Source of the DNA: an uncultured Candidatus Saccharibacteria bacterium
GTDB taxonomy: Bacteria; Patescibacteriota; Doudnabacteria; UBA920
NCBI GenBank assembly: GCA_964594755.1
Contig: CAZQMO010000001.1
Location: forward strand, 169 to 64,168
Direction: 5' to 3'
DNA length: 64,000 bases
The position numbers were made by a program, and so were the translations under genes. Below are positions 60,527 through 64,000 of the stretch, one piece after another; position 1 is the first letter of the stretch, and every line of letters begins with the position of its first letter. Under the pieces are notes generated by a model. It did not search any database and was not told where the DNA came from. It saw only the letters and a list, made by a program, of their open reading frames with translations.

Positions 60527-61087
60527 CTACATTATTCTTTGATTTTTTTTGGTGTAGCCTACCCGTTCTTGGATATGCTCGATATCTTCGCTATCAAAAG
60601 AGTTTTTACCATTGGTTACTCGACTATGCATTTGCCACAAATAATCTTTAATACTTTGAGGATCTGTTACATTTTTCATAATCATTGGTTCCATCAAGCC
60701 CACTACTTGGACCTCCACATTACCATAGCCAAAGATTGAGGAGATCATCCCTTCGGTTTTATAGCTCACATTTAGGATGCGTTCATGTGGGGTTTCTATG
60801 ACTGTACGTTTAAATAAACCGGTTTGGTCCCAATGTAATAATCTGAGATTAGTCACGACATAGGTGTTCATATACCAAAGAAAGAGTTCTCGGGCTAAAT
60901 GTAATCCAACTAAAATAGTCCATAAAATTAATAGTTTAGGAATTATGCCACTGATTTCGTATCGCCAAATAAAATACCAAGGTAGTGCAACTGTAAAGAG
61001 ATTGGCTAAAATCGGATGGATTAATACCCATTTGCTCTGTCGGAACACAGCTTTAATATGTTCCATTTCTTTTAATTTAATGGCCAT
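60527..61087 (-). CDS. bacterial PH-domain (bPH_2/YdbS-like) membrane protein
   Basis: Two TM helices, then VVTNLRLLHW...ETPHERILNVSYKTEGMISSIFGYGNVEVQ, typical of DUF304/bPH_2. Confidence 0.55.
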   Translation of the reverse strand: MAIKLKEMEHIKAVFRQSKWVLIHPILANLFTVALPWYFIWRYEISGIIPKLLILWTILVGLHLARELFLWYMNTYVVTNLRLLHWDQTGLFKRTVIETPHERILNVSYKTEGMISSIFGYGNVEVQVVGLMEPMIMKNVTDPQSIKDYLWQMHSRVTNGKNSFDSEDIEHIQERVGYTKKNQRIM

Positions 61088-61190
61088 ACTTAGTACGCTA
61101 AATACATAAACACTGAGCCAATCATTGAGGCAATAATCAGTGTTGAAAGTACAATCATGATGATGTTGAGAGTTTTTCGGTTGCGCATAA

Positions 61191-62984
61191 CTATTTTCTA
61201 AGAACGGCTAAGAAGGCTTCCTGTGGGATATCTACCTTTCCTATTTTCTTCATGCGCTTCTTTCCTTTCTTCTGTTTGTTTAGAACTTTCATTTTACGAG
61301 TCACATCACCCCCGTATAAACCAGTGGTGACATCTTTTCGTAAGGCAGAGATAGTTTCCCGGGCGATGACCTTACTGCCGATTGCTGCTTGAATAGCAAT
61401 TTCAAATTGTTGTCTTGGGATAAGATCCTTTAATTTACTAACTAAATCCCGTCCTTCTGATTCTGCGGTGGAGCGATGCGCAATTGCTGCTAACGCTTCT
61501 ATGGGCTCCCCTGCTACTAAAATATCAAGCTTCACTAAATTTCCAGGACGCATATCAGTAACATCATAATTTAGCGAGGCATATCCTGATGAAACACTTT
61601 TAAGTTTATCATAAAAGTCTGTAATAATTGTGGCTAACGGCATTTCGAAACGCATTTCGACACGATCTGTTCCGACATAATCCATGCCTGAATTAACTCC
61701 TCGGCGCTGGGTGACTATTTCCATAATTGAGCCAATATAAGCGCTCGGGGTTAAAATGGCGACATTGGCCCAAGGTTCACGCACTTCTTTGATATTGGAT
61801 GGGTCAGGCCACCCTGCTGGATTGTAAATAGTGTCAACTGTATCGTTAGTTTTATGAATTTCATAAACTACACTTGGAGCGGTTAAAACTAAATCCAAAT
61901 CATATTCACGACTCAGGCGCTCTTGGACAATATCCATGTGTAGTAGCCCTAAGAATCCAGTACGAAAACCAAAACCTATGCTAGGGATGTTTTCAGCTTC
62001 AAAAGTTAATGCAGCATCGTTCAGCTTCAGTTTTTCCATAGCGTCCCGAAGCATTGGATAATCATCCCCAGATACTGGGAAGATGCTTGCGTAAACCATT
62101 GGTCGAACTTGTTTGTAGCCTGGTAAAGGAGCTTTACTCCCGCCTTTTTGTAAAGTAATAGTGTCACCTACGCTAGCTTTAGCTACTTCGCGGAGCCCAG
62201 TAACAATGTAACCCACGCTACCAGTTTCTAAGCCAGTAGTTTTGGTCATCATTGGTTTAAAAACCCCAACCTCTAAACTATCAGATTCAGTGTTACTGCC
62301 GAGCATCAGAATTTTTTGTTTGGGAGCTAAAGTTCCGTTCATAATTCGAACATAAGTAATTACTCCCCGATGTGGATCATAACTTGAGTCAAAAATTAAT
62401 GCTTGTAATGGCGCATCACTGTTACCGCTTGGTGCTGGTACACGATTGGCAACTGCGGTTAAGATGTCAGGTACTCCTTGTCCAGTTTTCCCTGAAGCGT
62501 ATAAAAATTCTTCATCTTTAAAACCAAATACGGATTTCATTTCTTCCGCAACTTTTTGAGGGTCGCTATTCGGTAAGTCAATTTTATTAATGACAGGAAT
62601 TAAAGTTAGGTTATGTTCAATGGCTAAGTAAGCGTTAGCAAGAGTTTGCGCTTCGATTCCTTGCGTTGAATCAACCACTAAAAGAGCCCCTTCACAGGCT
62701 GCTAAACTTCGAGAGACTTCATAGCTAAAGTCCACGTGTCCAGGAGTGTCGATTAAGTTAAAAATATAGTCTTTGCCTTCGTGAACATAGTTCATTTGAA
62801 CAGGTTGAAGTTTGATGGTAATACCTCGTTCACGTTCTAGGTCCATTTGGTCCAATAACTGGGCTTTCATTTCGCGACTACTGACAGTCTGGGTAACTTC
62901 TAAAAGACGATCCGCTAAAGTGGATTTTCCATGATCAATATGGGCAATAATACAGAAATTTCTAATCTGTTCGAGTTTTGACAT
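61191..62984 (-). CDS. lepA: elongation factor 4 (LepA)
   Basis: IRNFCIIAHIDHGKSTLADRLL G-domain and the LepA-specific C-terminal domain. 597 aa. Confidence 0.95.
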   Translation of the reverse strand: MSKLEQIRNFCIIAHIDHGKSTLADRLLEVTQTVSSREMKAQLLDQMDLERERGITIKLQPVQMNYVHEGKDYIFNLIDTPGHVDFSYEVSRSLAACEGALLVVDSTQGIEAQTLANAYLAIEHNLTLIPVINKIDLPNSDPQKVAEEMKSVFGFKDEEFLYASGKTGQGVPDILTAVANRVPAPSGNSDAPLQALIFDSSYDPHRGVITYVRIMNGTLAPKQKILMLGSNTESDSLEVGVFKPMMTKTTGLETGSVGYIVTGLREVAKASVGDTITLQKGGSKAPLPGYKQVRPMVYASIFPVSGDDYPMLRDAMEKLKLNDAALTFEAENIPSIGFGFRTGFLGLLHMDIVQERLSREYDLDLVLTAPSVVYEIHKTNDTVDTIYNPAGWPDPSNIKEVREPWANVAILTPSAYIGSIMEIVTQRRGVNSGMDYVGTDRVEMRFEMPLATIITDFYDKLKSVSSGYASLNYDVTDMRPGNLVKLDILVAGEPIEALAAIAHRSTAESEGRDLVSKLKDLIPRQQFEIAIQAAIGSKVIARETISALRKDVTTGLYGGDVTRKMKVLNKQKKGKKRMKKIGKVDIPQEAFLAVLRK

Positions 62985-63031
62985 GCGATAAGTTTACCAG
63001 TGAAAACCGGTTTGGGCAATGATTATAGTAG

Positions 63032-64000
63032 TCAACTAGATACGTTCACAAATTTGGCGGTTTTAGATATCGCTTCCTGAATACTAACGGCTTCTGGGAT
63101 ACGATAGTAAATCGTGATTCCTAAATATGCGCCTATCGCAGCAAGTCCAGAAAGACCAGCTTGAAGCAATATCCCTAGAACGGTATGAGTGTCTACTACA
63201 ACTGCGATAATGTATAGCGCAACATAAGCAACTATTCCTGCTGCGAGAGTGGCGATAATCACTTTGGTAGTACTGGAAACTATGTAGTAATCACTTTCAT
63301 GCACTATTGCGTTATTCTTTAGATCTTGTTGAATATGTTTGTGGAGATACATCATTAACAAGGCTAATTGTAACCCTGAGGCAATGACAAACCCTAACGC
63401 GATACCAATAATACCTAAACCAATTGATAGATAATATGACAATCCTGCATTAACAACCATGGCTAGTAAGCCGACTACTAGAGGAAGTATAGTGTTTTGT
63501 CTAGCATAAAATGCTCTTGATAACAACGGTACCAAGCTCTGAGCGATTAGGCTGATACTGAGTAATCCTAGTGCGTCAAAAGTAGTAATCGTGCAAGTCC
63601 AGTCGCATTCACCGTAGCCGAGTAATAAGCGAACGATGTGAGCTCGGAACAACAGCATAAGCATTGCGAGTGGTAATATAAAGAACAGGATTCGAACAAA
63701 AGCTCGGTTAAATGTATGGATAAATTGGCTGTATTGCTTTTTTGCAAATTGTTCTGATAACACTGGGAATACAGCTAGAGTGGTTGAAATCGCAAAAATC
63801 CCCAGCGGCACACTCTGAATGTTATTTGCAAAATTGAACGCAGATATTGTTCCTGTAACTAGAGTGGAACCAACAATAGATACAATCAGTAAGTTTACGT
63901 AGGAAATATCCAAGCCTAGGACTCGAGGTAAAAACAGTTTACCAATTTTTTGGACATTAGGATTTTTCCATAGGATGACCGGTTGCCAAGTAAACCCTAG
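63032..64000 (-). CDS. murJ: lipid II flippase MurJ (MviN) family, partial; start beyond window end
   Basis: Polytopic C-terminal half with the MurJ-like segment LSRAFYARQNTILP. The ORF is open to the window edge. Confidence 0.6.
   Translation of the reverse strand, partial: LGFTWQPVILWKNPNVQKIGKLFLPRVLGLDISYVNLLIVSIVGSTLVTGTISAFNFANNIQSVPLGIFAISTTLAVFPVLSEQFAKKQYSQFIHTFNRAFVRILFFILPLAMLMLLFRAHIVRLLLGYGECDWTCTITTFDALGLLSISLIAQSLVPLLSRAFYARQNTILPLVVGLLAMVVNAGLSYYLSIGLGIIGIALGFVIASGLQLALLMMYLHKHIQQDLKNNAIVHESDYYIVSSTTKVIIATLAAGIVAYVALYIIAVVVDTHTVLGILLQAGLSGLAAIGAYLGITIYYRIPEAVSIQEAISKTAKFVNVSS

Overview
This window is an AT-rich (~40% GC), compact bacterial chromosome segment. It has short intergenic spacers, many small genes and tRNA genes that encode their own CCA. 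The gene content is reminiscent of a reduced-genome Patescibacteria/CPR-like organism, but that is inference only. A full-length RF2 with no frameshift site argues for the standard genetic code.

Housekeeping content:
- Ribosomal and transcription genes: secE-nusG-rplK-rplA, rpmA, rplI.
- A complete F1Fo ATP synthase operon (atpZ-B-E-F-H-A-G-D-C).
- A thymidylate cluster (dcd-tmk-thyA-folA).
- Single genes: prfB, pyrG, ftsEX, def, fmt, gltX, pheS, gyrB, lepA, a partial murJ, IscS-like cysteine desulfurase, MltG, and an ECF sigma factor.
- A GAF histidine kinase and an orphan receiver domain.

Findings worth a second look:
1. Two loci where a complete tRNA gene sits inside an interrupted paralogous tRNA gene, each bracketed by a long inverted repeat: tRNA-Met(CAT) in an anticodon loop, and tRNA-Gly(CCC) in a T-loop.
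2. Two paralogous secreted proteins that share a VirB2/TrbC-like N-terminal module but carry different peptidoglycan hydrolase domains (SLT versus M15-like), next to an EnvC-like M23 peptidase.
3. An AdoMetDC-fold proenzyme gene (speH-like) paired with a guanidinoacetate N-methyltransferase (GAMT)-like methyltransferase, where a spermidine synthase would be expected.
4. A sortase-like gene whose catalytic Cys codon reads Ser, immediately downstream of an LPXTG substrate.
5. A WecB/TagA–NUDIX fusion.
6. A GC-rich islet encoding a ZAS-type (H-x3-C-x2-C) anti-sigma-like protein with no adjacent sigma factor.
7. Two families of GC-rich intergenic elements: G/C-rich hairpin cascades in the 5' UTRs of rplA, pheS and gyrB, and a dispersed REP-like repeat.
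8. Irregular tRNA-like elements and tRNA fragments.

No CRISPR array or clear IS element/transposon was seen.
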